A DNA stretch of 32,000 nucleotides from Pirellula staleyi DSM 6068 (GTDB lineage Bacteria; Planctomycetota; Planctomycetia; Pirellulales; Pirellulaceae). Below, one piece after another: positions 8,316 to 16,966 of the stretch; positions within the stretch are counted from its first letter, which is position 1, and the number at the start of each line of letters is the position of its first letter. The translations under genes were made by a program, and so were the position numbers. Location of the stretch: contig CP001848.1 of assembly GCA_000025185.1 (NCBI GenBank), positions 5,670,001-5,702,000 on the forward strand, read 5' to 3'. The notes below the pieces were generated by a model. The model worked only from the letters and a program-made list of their open reading frames with translations, was not told the origin of the DNA and made no database searches.

Positions 8316-8954
8316 ATGGGTGGCTCGGAACAAATCGGCCAGGATGAAATTGAAGACCTGCTTCGCCAGGCACAAGCCGCTGCGCAAGGTGGTAAGCCTG
8401 CGCCTCCACCCAAAGCGCCAGCCGATCCGCAGTCTCTCGGACAAGACGAGATCGAGGCCTTACTCGCACGCTCAGCCCCAGCTGCTGCAGCCGCTCCAGC
8501 ACCAGCACCGGTGGCCGTAGCACCTCCCCCTGCCCCACGTCCCCAAGCTCTCCCCCCAATGTCACAAGTGGGGGACGACATTCAGTTTCTTCTAGCGCAG
8601 GCCGAGCAAGCGATCGCCTCGGTCGATCAACCGGTCGATCCCGCGATTGCCGGAATCGCCCCCTTTGCTTTTCGCGATCTCGCAGCAGCTCCTCCGTCGG
8701 GTGAGAAAGCCACGCTCGAACTTCTGCGCGATGTCGATCTCGACTTGCGGATCGAACTCGGCCGCACCGAGATGTTTCTCGAAGATGTGCTGAAGCTGCG
8801 CCGCGGATCGGTCGTCACGCTCGACAAGCTCGCAGGCGATCCCGTCGATATTTATGTGAATGGCCGGCTCATTGCGCGCGGCGAAGTGCTGGTGCTCAAC
8901 GATAACTTTTGCGTCCGCGTGGCCGAGCTACTCAGCGGAGACGATTTCAAGTAA
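8316..8954 (+). CDS. fliN: flagellar motor switch protein FliN with an extended N-terminus carrying two CheY-binding-like peptides
   Basis: C-terminal SpoA/FliN domain [66 protein letters not shown]. The N-terminal ~130 aa are Pro/Ala-rich and contain [10 protein letters not shown] and [18 protein letters not shown] Shine-Dalgarno. Confidence 0.9.
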   Translation: MGGSEQIGQDEIEDLLRQAQAAAQGGKPAPPPKAPADPQSLGQDEIEALLARSAPAAAAAPAPAPVAVAPPPAPRPQALPPMSQVGDDIQFLLAQAEQAIASVDQPVDPAIAGIAPFAFRDLAAAPPSGEKATLELLRDVDLDLRIELGRTEMFLEDVLKLRRGSVVTLDKLAGDPVDIYVNGRLIARGEVLVLNDNFCVRVAELLSGDDFK

Positions 8955-8987
8955 ATCGCCGTAAAAACAAGCGATAAACGACTACTT

Positions 8988-9014
8988 TTGCGATTCATCC
9001 TAGAGAAATCGCAA
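8988..9014 (+). promoter_or_regulatory. 8-bp perfect stem-loop after fliN
   Basis: ttgcgatt (8988-8995), 11-nt loop catcctagaga, aatcgcaa (9007-9014), 34 nt after the fliN stop. No adjacent U-tract. Confidence 0.3.
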
Positions 9015-9178
9015 GCCTATCACTTCGCATCTTTTGTTCGGCAAACGATGCTCACTCACTTCAGCTTAACTTTCGAAAAACGACCGAGTACTCAGCCGTG
9101 ACATCTTCCCTCACACAGCACTTGCCCCAGGTGACCACTCGTTGCCTGCGATTGTTGCTGCGCACGGGGGGACTATCG

Positions 9179-9967
9179 ATGCTGGTGCTCATGTCGCAAG
9201 CTCTTTTGCTACTGCTGGCAAGCACTGCATCAGCCCAATCGAGCAATCACTATGCCCCGCCAGGAGGTTTCTCGAGCCCCGAGCGTCCGGCATCGTTCTA
9301 CGGCAAGCCCATCAATCACGATCGCCCCTTGGTGGCCGAGCAACCAGTCGACCCGCGAGCGCGTCCCGCGACCAACTACGCCAGTGCTCCACTCCCCTCG
9401 CGGAGCGCAAGTGAGCCAGCTAGTTTCTCCGCGCCTGAGCAGCCCCTTCCAATTGCTAACGCTTCCGCAGGCAGCTCGCTGAAGCTCCCTCCGCGTCAAG
9501 CCCCCAAAACACTCGAGCGCGCGAAAGCTCCGACATCAAGCACCAGCGCCCTCATGACCATGGGTGGCGCACTGGCCGCAGTGCTCGGACTCTTCTTCTG
9601 CCTCGTTGTGCTGAGCAAAAAGTTTCAGCCCGCCGGTGGTGGTGCCCTCCCCAAAGAGGCCATCGAAGTGCTGGGGCGCACCGCGCTTGCCGGTCGACAG
9701 CAGCTGCAACTCGTGCGCGTGGGTGGCAAGCTGATCCTCGTTGCTCTCACTGCAGGGAGCGCAGAAACGCTCACCGAAATCACCGATCCTCACGAGGTCG
9801 AACGTCTCACCGCCATGTGCCGTCGCTCACAACCGGGCAGCAGCACGCAAACGTTTCAGCAAGTTGTTTCGGAGATCGAGCGCGAGCCCGTTTCCCGAGG
9901 TTTTCTCGGAGAAAACAGCAGTTCTCGTGGCGGCAGCAACGCTGGTTCCGCACGTCGCATCTCGTAG
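9179..9967 (+). CDS. fliO: flagellar export apparatus protein FliO (long form)
   Basis: The FliO core is a TM ([24 protein letters not shown]) followed by [39 protein letters not shown]. It lies directly before fliP. ATG 9179 is preceded by GGGGGGA and opens straight into a signal-like [20 protein letters not shown]. The ORF-track start GTG 9098 is an alternative. Confidence 0.65.
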   Translation: MLVLMSQALLLLLASTASAQSSNHYAPPGGFSSPERPASFYGKPINHDRPLVAEQPVDPRARPATNYASAPLPSRSASEPASFSAPEQPLPIANASAGSSLKLPPRQAPKTLERAKAPTSSTSALMTMGGALAAVLGLFFCLVVLSKKFQPAGGGALPKEAIEVLGRTALAGRQQLQLVRVGGKLILVALTAGSAETLTEITDPHEVERLTAMCRRSQPGSSTQTFQQVVSEIEREPVSRGFLGENSSSRGGSNAGSARRIS

Positions 9968-10004
9968 TTTCACACCACTATCCATTCCTGACCGATTGCC
10001 CCTC

Positions 10005-10898
10005 ATGCTTCTGATCATTCAGCATCGATGCACACTCCTACTCGCAGCTCTGCTGCTTGTAGCGGCGGTGTCGCACACGCATGCTCAGGACGTGATGGGC
10101 CCGAATCTGCTCCCTTCGATCGACCCGACTCAAGAACTTGCTGACGGGGAGCTCGATCGCGAACTGATGCCCCCGGCTGATCCCGTCACCGAACTTTTGC
10201 GCGGCAATGGCGAAGCGCTCACGAGCCCTAAGCGGCTCAGCAGCACGCTGCAGATCATGCTGCTCTTGACGGTCCTCAGCCTTGCACCAGCCATCTTGTT
10301 GATGACCACCAGCTTTGTCCGGATCGTGGTAGTGCTCGGTCTCCTTCGTCAAGCGCTCGGCACCAACCAGTTGCCACCGAGTCAGGTGATCACTGCACTC
10401 GCGATGTTTTTGACGCTGCTGATCATGACCCCCACCTGGAACAGCGTCTATCACGAAGCGATCGAGCCCTACACCAGCGGCGCCGACCTCACTCCCGAAG
10501 AAGCCTGGAATCGTGGCTCGCTTCCAATCAAACGCTTCATGAGCCGCCAGATTGAAGTGGCTGGCAACAGCGATGATGTGTGGCTGTTCTACGAGTATCT
10601 GCCCGAAGAAAATCGCCCCGCCAAACCGCCAGAAACCTACGACGAAGTCCCTCTCTCGGTCCTTCTTCCTGCGTTCATGCTCAGCGAACTGAAGACCTCG
10701 TTCTTGATTGGCTTTCAGATCTACTTACCCTTTTTGATTCTCGACCTCGTGGTCTCGAGCGTCACGATCTCGATGGGCATGATGATGCTGCCACCGGTCA
10801 TGATCTCGCTCCCGCTGAAACTTCTGCTGTTCGTACTGGTTGACGGCTGGACACTGACGGTCCGCATGTTGCTCGAAAGTTTTGCGGGTCCTCTTTAG
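10005..10898 (+). CDS. fliP: flagellar type III export apparatus protein FliP
   Basis: 297 aa from ATG 10005. The frame is open from 9741, but that stretch overlaps fliO. Signal peptide [28 protein letters not shown]. Canonical FliP core [62 protein letters not shown]. Confidence 0.95.
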   Translation: MLLIIQHRCTLLLAALLLVAAVSHTHAQDVMGPNLLPSIDPTQELADGELDRELMPPADPVTELLRGNGEALTSPKRLSSTLQIMLLLTVLSLAPAILLMTTSFVRIVVVLGLLRQALGTNQLPPSQVITALAMFLTLLIMTPTWNSVYHEAIEPYTSGADLTPEEAWNRGSLPIKRFMSRQIEVAGNSDDVWLFYEYLPEENRPAKPPETYDEVPLSVLLPAFMLSELKTSFLIGFQIYLPFLILDLVVSSVTISMGMMMLPPVMISLPLKLLLFVLVDGWTLTVRMLLESFAGPL

Positions 10899-11030
10899 CT
10901 AGGAGCCCCTGCGCGCGCATCGCTCGTTTCTTATGAATGAATGATTGCCACGCTACTCGATGATCACCGTTTTTGTACTCGTCGTTACCTTCCGCTACTT
11001 CCGACGTTCCCTCCGAGAAAGAAACTGGCG

Positions 11031-11306
11031 ATGGATCCGCAAGACGCAGTCACACTCACCCAGCAAGCCATGATGACAGCGCTGGTGCTTTGTGCGCCGC
11101 TGCTCCTCGTCGGCATGCTCGTGGGTCTGCTCATCGGGCTCGCTCAAGCACTCACCCAGGTGCAAGACCAAACGGTCGCCTTCGTTCCGAAACTCGTGGC
11201 GATGGTGGCGGTGATGCTCCTCTGCTTGCCGTGGCTCATCGAGCAAATGATGGAATACTCCACCAATCTGTTCACAGGCATCCCTCAAATGATCATGGGA
11301 AGCTGA
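11031..11306 (+). CDS. fliQ: flagellar type III export apparatus protein FliQ
   Basis: 91 aa from ATG 11031. Two hydrophobic helices and the FliQ/SctS-like motif LAQALTQVQDQTVAFVPKLVAMV. Sits between fliP and fliR. Confidence 0.9.
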   Translation: MDPQDAVTLTQQAMMTALVLCAPLLLVGMLVGLLIGLAQALTQVQDQTVAFVPKLVAMVAVMLLCLPWLIEQMMEYSTNLFTGIPQMIMGS

Positions 11307-11368
11307 AACTTCGCTGGACGCACCTTTGCGAAAACAGCCGTTTTCGCTTGAAATTCGGGCCCTACTGC

Positions 11369-12202
11369 ATGTCTCCCCTCATCACGTCGCAGCTAGATCA
11401 AATTGTGATCTTCTCGCTCGTGCTGACGCGCATCGGGATGCTCGTTTTCATTCTCCCGATGTTTGGTTCGAGCAGTGTGCCGATGCAAGCTCGCGCGATA
11501 CTAGCGATTGCAATCGCGCTGATCCTGACGCCGGTCTATGCGGGAGCACTTCCGTCTCCGCCAGAAAATCTGATGATGCTCGGACTCATGCTCGCGCGTG
11601 AGTCGATGCTGGGACTCGCGCTCGGACTAGCGGTGATGATCCTGCTGGCAGGGATGCAGCTCGCCGGATCGATCATCAGTCAGATGAGTGGCATGACGCT
11701 TGCCGACGTTGCCAATCCGACGTTCGATACGAGTGTTCCCATCTTCTCGCAGCTGCTCGAAATGTTGTCGCTCGCGATTTTCTTTTCACTGGGTGGACAC
11801 CGCCTGGTGATGTCCGCGCTGCTCGATACGTTCAAGTTCATGCCTCCGGGACAAGCCACGTTTCCGGAAGAGGCGGTCGAGATGCTGGCGACTATTTTCA
11901 CCCACAGTTTTGAAATTGGGATTCGCGCCGCAGCACCTGCCATCATCTCGCTACTGCTGGCCATTTTGGTGGTCGCGCTCATTAGTCGCACACTTCCGCA
12001 GCTGAACTCGGTGGCTGTCGGCTTGAACTTCAACGCCATGATTGTGCTGGCGATTCTGGCACTTTCGCTCGGATCAGCCGCGATGGTCTTTCAAGAAGAA
12101 CTCGAGCCGACGATCGTTTCGATCACGCAGTCGATCTTGATTCCGAGCGACAGCCAGGTGGCAAGTGAAACGGCTGATTTACGCGTCTATCCCTCAGAAT
12201 AA
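11369..12202 (+). CDS. fliR: flagellar type III export apparatus protein FliR
   Basis: 277 aa from ATG 11369 (MSPLITSQLDQIVIFSLVLTRIGMLVFILPMFGSSSVP...). Polytopic membrane protein between fliQ and flhB. The upstream part of the 409-aa ORF overlaps fliQ and looks like out-of-frame sequence. Confidence 0.9.
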   Translation: MSPLITSQLDQIVIFSLVLTRIGMLVFILPMFGSSSVPMQARAILAIAIALILTPVYAGALPSPPENLMMLGLMLARESMLGLALGLAVMILLAGMQLAGSIISQMSGMTLADVANPTFDTSVPIFSQLLEMLSLAIFFSLGGHRLVMSALLDTFKFMPPGQATFPEEAVEMLATIFTHSFEIGIRAAAPAIISLLLAILVVALISRTLPQLNSVAVGLNFNAMIVLAILALSLGSAAMVFQEELEPTIVSITQSILIPSDSQVASETADLRVYPSE

Positions 12203-12246
12203 GTCGATTTTCTTCTTCCATTTAACGATCATTCTTCAGCAGATTC

Positions 12247-13338
12247 ATGGACGACGATAACGGAGAAAAGTCGCACGAAGCAACGCAGCATCGCCGCGAT
12301 AAAGCGCGCGAGGAAGGGCAGGTCGTTAAGAGTCAGGATCTCACGTCGGCTGCGATGCTGATGGCTTGCCTGCTTTTGCTCTGGTACTTCAGCAGCGGCA
12401 TGTTCGAACTAGTGGGAGCCTTTACACGCGATCAAATCACGGGCCAGTTGTGGCAGCCGATCACGCTGGCGGATGTGACGAGCGACTTTGCACGAATCGG
12501 TGGACTTCTCGCTCGCACACTGCTCCCTCTGCTGCTGATGATGATGCTCGCAGCAATCACCATTCAGCTGTCGCAAACAGGATTTCTGTTCCTGCCGAAC
12601 AAGCTGGCGATGGATCTCGAGCGGATTAATCCGCTGAACAATTCCAAGCGAATCTTTGCCGTCTCGAATCTCGTGAGCCTCGGCTTTGGACTACTGAAAG
12701 TGCTGCTGATTGGTGTGGTGGCTGGGCTCTCGCTCTGGCAGCAGCGCGCGACGATTTTAGAGCTGACCGATCAGTCGGCAGCTGTGATTGGCAAGTTCGT
12801 GCTGGAAACGGCACTCTGGACGAGCATCAAGATTGCAGCGGCGCTACTGGTGCTCGCGATCCTCGACTATGGCTACCAGTGGTGGAAGCACGAGCAAGAT
12901 CTCCGCATGACCACGCAGCAGGTGCGTGAGGAGATGAAAGAGCAAACGGGCGATCCGCAAACAATGCAGCGGCGGAAGCAGATTCAGCGTCAGCTGGTGA
13001 TGAATCGGCTGTCGACCAGCATCCCGAAAGCGGACGTCATTGTGACGAATCCCACCGAGCTTGCGATTGCGCTGCAGTACGATCCCAACACCATGCCGGC
13101 CCCCATTGTGATTGCCAAAGGGGCCGGTGTTTTAGCGCAGCGCATCCGACGTTTGGCGCTGGAAAACAACGTGCCGGTGGTCGAGCGAAAAGAACTCGCG
13201 CGGGCTTTGTATCAGCTGGTGGAAGTGAACCAGCCGGTCCCTTCCGAGCAGTATGCTGCGGTCGCTGAAGTGGTTCGCTACGTCTATCAGCTGAAGGGAA
13301 AAAAGCTCCCCGGCACACGCGCTAAATCAGCAGCCTAA
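12247..13338 (+). CDS. flhB: flagellar type III export switch protein FlhB
   Basis: 363 aa. N-terminus GEKSHEATQHRRDKAREEGQVVKSQDL, followed by four TM segments. C-terminal domain ADVIVTNPTELAIALQYD...PIVIAKGAGVLAQRIRRLALENNVPVVERKELARALY. Confidence 0.95.
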   Translation: MDDDNGEKSHEATQHRRDKAREEGQVVKSQDLTSAAMLMACLLLLWYFSSGMFELVGAFTRDQITGQLWQPITLADVTSDFARIGGLLARTLLPLLLMMMLAAITIQLSQTGFLFLPNKLAMDLERINPLNNSKRIFAVSNLVSLGFGLLKVLLIGVVAGLSLWQQRATILELTDQSAAVIGKFVLETALWTSIKIAAALLVLAILDYGYQWWKHEQDLRMTTQQVREEMKEQTGDPQTMQRRKQIQRQLVMNRLSTSIPKADVIVTNPTELAIALQYDPNTMPAPIVIAKGAGVLAQRIRRLALENNVPVVERKELARALYQLVEVNQPVPSEQYAAVAEVVRYVYQLKGKKLPGTRAKSAA

Positions 13339-13407
13339 CGCGCTGGTCAAGCTGCCTTCACGGTCTAAGGCAAACGTTGCTGCGAGCAGCCAATGCTTCT
13401 CGCGCTG

Positions 13408-14589
13408 CTATTTCTCGTAGCCATACTTGTCGAAGTAGAAGCCCCAATGCTCGCGAACGAGCTTGCGCGACTCTTCATCGAGTTCGTGCTTGTTCGTTTG
13501 ATAGTCTTTCTGCTCGGTGAGGAACTTCTCGATCTTCGGCTTAGCACCTTCAATCGAGGGGAGCTTCAGTGCGCCATAGATCCGCTCGAGTTCGGTCATC
13601 GGCGACTTGACGAGATCTTCGTACTTCACTTCCACGATCATTGCAGGATCGATCTTCGCGCGCTGCTTTTCATAGCCTTGATACATCCGCGTAAGGCACA
13701 TCAGCACGAACTCTTCGAGTCCCTTGTGCTTCGGCATTTGCAGCGACTGAACGGCGTCGAGCGATTGCCACAAGCGCACCGTCGATGAAAAAAGGGAGTA
13801 CGGGTTGCGGACGATGTGGATGAACCGAGCACCGGGAAAGAGCTTCGAAAGGAGCTCGATGCGCCCCGTGTGGGGAGGGCTCTTCAGGAGCAGCTGTTTT
13901 TGACTCCGGAACGTAATGAGCTTGGAAAACTCGATCATCGCCTCGGAGAATTTTTTCTCATCAGCCGGATCAACCCCTTCCATGTCAAGGAACTCGACGG
14001 CCGGGGGTGGATCGTTCGGAAAAGCGCAGCGGAGATAAGGGGTCGGTGCGCCGAGCGTCAGCAGCGCGAACTCATCTTCCTGCGGACGTTCCCAACCAGT
14101 CGCCATGTTGTCCATCGGACGTTGCCGTGGCATCAGCCAGCCGCCGTAGCCCGCAATCAGCCACTCGGTGAGCAAAAAGTGATGCGGCGCAAAGCACTGG
14201 TAGGTCGTGGGGGAATAAAATCGTTCATCCTGATGCATCACTTCGTGCAGGAACGTGGTTCCGCTACGCCAGTGACCGATGATGAAGACCGGCGGTTCCT
14301 CGATGCGCGTCCGATCGATCCGACTACCGTACTGAGCCCGCTGCCAGAGTCGTAAAATCGAGTTCACCGGGGTGATCATGCCGAGCAAGACCGCCATCGG
14401 CCAGCGGATCGGATGAATGCGAAAACCATGCTTGATGCATAGTTTCCACCAATCTCCGGCACGCATCCCGTGCCAAAAGCGGGGGCTCCAGAAAGGATAG
14501 CTATGGATTTTCGGCTGCTTACGCTTCGTCACCTTGGTGTCGGGCTTCTTCGCCTCGGGTGAGCTGCCGCTGTTGGTCGTGCTGTTCAA
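13408..14589 (-). CDS. sulfotransferase family protein
   Basis: 393 aa. PAPS 5'-phosphosulfate-binding loop PPVFIIGHWRSGTTFLHEVM. The rest is consistent with the bacterial Sulfotransfer fold. The first in-frame start after the upstream stop is TTG at 14589, so the 5' end is uncertain. Confidence 0.8.
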   Translation of the reverse strand: MNSTTNSGSSPEAKKPDTKVTKRKQPKIHSYPFWSPRFWHGMRAGDWWKLCIKHGFRIHPIRWPMAVLLGMITPVNSILRLWQRAQYGSRIDRTRIEEPPVFIIGHWRSGTTFLHEVMHQDERFYSPTTYQCFAPHHFLLTEWLIAGYGGWLMPRQRPMDNMATGWERPQEDEFALLTLGAPTPYLRCAFPNDPPPAVEFLDMEGVDPADEKKFSEAMIEFSKLITFRSQKQLLLKSPPHTGRIELLSKLFPGARFIHIVRNPYSLFSSTVRLWQSLDAVQSLQMPKHKGLEEFVLMCLTRMYQGYEKQRAKIDPAMIVEVKYEDLVKSPMTELERIYGALKLPSIEGAKPKIEKFLTEQKDYQTNKHELDEESRKLVREHWGFYFDKYGYEK

Positions 14590-14779
14590 GTTCCATCCCC
14601 AAAACGTCGTCTCGTAAAGCGTTTATTATAGGGTGGTCGGTCAATTCTCGAAACCTCACGAAAAACGTCCAAGTTCACCCCCTTCCTGGTCCTGCGGCTT
14701 GAAGCCTTTGGCCGCATCTGACACACTGCAAAGGTGTTGCGATTTTCCGTCTGCTTCTCGTGAGATCGGTACGCCAGCC

Positions 14780-15976
14780 ATGAAGTGTTTTGCATTTCAC
14801 CTGATGCCTTGGGACCGCCTGCCCGACGACTTCGAAGAGAAGTATGAATCGGCTTGGACTTGGCTTCCCAACTCGATCTACGACCCCGAGCATGGGGGCG
14901 AACTCTACAACCGTTATCTCGACGAACTCGTACTGGCCGATGAGCTCGGGTTCGATGGTGTGTGCGTGAACGAGCACCATCAAAACGCCTACGGGACGAT
15001 GCCGAGCCCCAATCTGATGGGTTCGATCCTCGCGCGGCAAACCAAGCGGGTGAAGATCGCGGTTGTCGGCAACGCGCTGCCGCTCTACAACCCGCCGACC
15101 CGCGTGGCGGAAGAGTTTGCGATGATCGACTGCATCAGCGGCGGTCGGCTGATCGCGGGACTCGTGGTCGGTGGTGGTCCCGAGTATTACAGCTTCTCGA
15201 TCAATCCAACGCATGCCCGCAGCATGTACGGCGAAGCGCTCGATCTGGTGATTCGCGCGTGGACCGAGCCTGGTCCGTTCGAGCACTATGGCGAGCACTG
15301 GAAACTGAAGTACGTCAACCCTTGGCCACGGCCGATTCAAAAGCCTCATCCACCGGTTTGGATACCTGGCGCGGGAAGCAAAGAGACGATCGATTTCGTG
15401 GCCCAGCGCCGCTTCAGCTACATGGGAATTCCGTACTTCCACATCGACTTCTTCAAGCGGAACTTCGATCTTTTCCGCGAAGCGTGCAATAAGTACGGCT
15501 ACGAAGCGCACCCCGAACAACTCGGCTGGCTCTGCCCGATCTATGTCGCCGAAACCGACGAACAAGCGTGGGCCGAGTACGAGCAGCATTTGTGGTTCTT
15601 TGCCCGCAAGCTGCTCAAGGGTCTGGTGGTCTTTCCGCCGGGCTACACCAGCGTGCGGTCGATCGCCGGGATTCACAGCGCGCTAACGAAGTTCCTCAGC
15701 ACGGTCGAAACGCGCGAGCAAATCGAAAAAGGTGCGTATGCGATCGTCGGCAGTCCCGCTACGGTTCGCGAGAAGTTGCTCGAGCATTCCAAGTACCTGG
15801 GAGTCGGAAACTTGCTCGGACTGTTCCAACTTGGCACACTTCCAGCCGACTTGACGCAAAAGAGCATGCGTCTGTTTGCCAGCGATGTGATGCCTCACTT
15901 GCAGCAAGCGGGCTACGGAGCTGGGGTCGGTGAGTTCAATCCGCACGCTGGACTGGCCGGGACCGCCAGTTCCTAG
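14780..15976 (+). CDS. luciferase-like (LLM class) flavin-dependent monooxygenase/oxidoreductase
   Basis: 398 aa from ATG 14780 (MKCFAFHLMPW...). LLM hallmarks: YLDELVLADELGFDGVCVNEHHQNAYGTMPSPNLM and RVAEEFAMIDCISGGRLIAGLVVG. The upstream 49 codons of the ORF-track entry look non-coding. Confidence 0.8.
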   Translation: MKCFAFHLMPWDRLPDDFEEKYESAWTWLPNSIYDPEHGGELYNRYLDELVLADELGFDGVCVNEHHQNAYGTMPSPNLMGSILARQTKRVKIAVVGNALPLYNPPTRVAEEFAMIDCISGGRLIAGLVVGGGPEYYSFSINPTHARSMYGEALDLVIRAWTEPGPFEHYGEHWKLKYVNPWPRPIQKPHPPVWIPGAGSKETIDFVAQRRFSYMGIPYFHIDFFKRNFDLFREACNKYGYEAHPEQLGWLCPIYVAETDEQAWAEYEQHLWFFARKLLKGLVVFPPGYTSVRSIAGIHSALTKFLSTVETREQIEKGAYAIVGSPATVREKLLEHSKYLGVGNLLGLFQLGTLPADLTQKSMRLFASDVMPHLQQAGYGAGVGEFNPHAGLAGTASS

Positions 15977-16083
15977 CGACGTGAGTTAGATTCCTGTGCC
16001 AGAACTTGCAGCCCAATTTCTCAGCCATATTTCACGACGGAACACGCCGCGCACGGCGAGCCAGTTTTCGATAAACTACCCAG

Positions 16084-16131
16084 CGGGAGCCAAGCAGCTG
16101 TAGCAAGCTCGCTTGCTCCCGTTTTGCGTTT
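16084..16131 (+). terminator. candidate rho-independent terminator after the LLM gene
   Basis: cgggag(c)caagc (16084-16095) pairs with gcttgctcccg (16111-16121): 11 bp with one bulge and a 15-nt loop. It is followed by ttttgcgttt (16122-16131). Confidence 0.4.
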
Positions 16132-16167
16132 CGACTTCGCCACTCCCTTGCAGCTCGACATCTCTCC

Positions 16168-16950
16168 ATGCCAAGCCCGACCACCAGCACGATTCTTGTC
16201 GCGGGAAAGAAAACGCAAGTGACAACCGGTGGGGATGGCCCGCCGCTGCTCTACCTGCATAGTGCGGGGGGCGAAACCGACTGGACCAAGTTTCACGACT
16301 TGCTGGCTGCAAAGTTCAAAGTGATTGTGCCAGCGCATCCCGGTTTTGCGTCGTCGGCGGGACTCGAATCGATTCGGGACGTGGCCGATTATGCGTGGCA
16401 CTACGTCGACTTTTTGAAGGTGATGAATCTGTCGCGTGTGCCGGTGATTGGCTTTTCGCTCGGCGCTTGGACCGCTGTGGAACTCGCCATCTTGCGCCCA
16501 GCACTCGTAGAGAAGATGATCCTGGTCAACGCGGCCGGATTGCATGTTCCCGGGAGTCCGATGGGGGAACTTTTTACCGACGATCTAACCTACCTTCGCA
16601 ATCTGCTGTTCTTCGATCCCAACTCCCCTGTCGTCAAAGAAGCGATGCCACTTTCGCTCGACGATTCGCGCATTTTGCAGTGGCTGAAGGCTCGCGAAGC
16701 CACAGCGCGGGTCGGCTGGAATCCGTATCTCCACAATCCGCGTCTGCGGGCGCATCTGTCGCGCGTCGAATGTCCAACGCAGGTCGTGTGGGGTCGTCAC
16801 GACAAGCTGATTCCACTCGCGCACGGCGAGACCTATAGCAGCGAGATTCCCGGAGCCCAGCTCACGATTTTGGAGCAGTGCGGTCACATGCTCCCGTTTG
16901 AAAAGCCCGAAGAACTCGCACGCATCACGACCGAATTCTTCAGCAGCTAG
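16168..16950 (+). CDS. alpha/beta-fold hydrolase
   Basis: 260 aa. Oxyanion region PPLLYLHSAGG, nucleophile elbow VIGFSLGAW (G-x-S-x-G) and C-terminal catalytic His context EQCGHMLPFEKPEE. Confidence 0.8.
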   Translation: MPSPTTSTILVAGKKTQVTTGGDGPPLLYLHSAGGETDWTKFHDLLAAKFKVIVPAHPGFASSAGLESIRDVADYAWHYVDFLKVMNLSRVPVIGFSLGAWTAVELAILRPALVEKMILVNAAGLHVPGSPMGELFTDDLTYLRNLLFFDPNSPVVKEAMPLSLDDSRILQWLKAREATARVGWNPYLHNPRLRAHLSRVECPTQVVWGRHDKLIPLAHGETYSSEIPGAQLTILEQCGHMLPFEKPEELARITTEFFSS

Positions 16951-16966
16951 AGAGCGTAGGTTTCAC

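Noticed and set aside
7654-8565. 303-aa minus-strand ORF spanning fliL and the start of fliN
   Set aside because: It is antisense to two recognisable flagellar genes and crosses their intergenic spacer, and it has no motifs.
9741-10004. N-terminal 88-codon extension of the fliP ORF (ORF-track start 9741)
   Set aside because: It overlaps the 3' end of fliO in another frame and is Arg/Ser/Pro-rich. The FliP signal peptide begins at the ATG at 10005.
10973-11368. 132-codon upstream extension of the fliR frame, and the 10941 start of the fliQ ORF
   Set aside because: The extension overlaps all of fliQ and reads as Arg/His/Gly-rich out-of-frame sequence. The conserved FliR and FliQ sequences begin at ATG 11369 and ATG 11031.
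14675-15676. 333-aa minus-strand ORF antisense to the LLM monooxygenase gene
   Set aside because: Shadow ORF. The plus-strand product has clear family motifs and this one has none.
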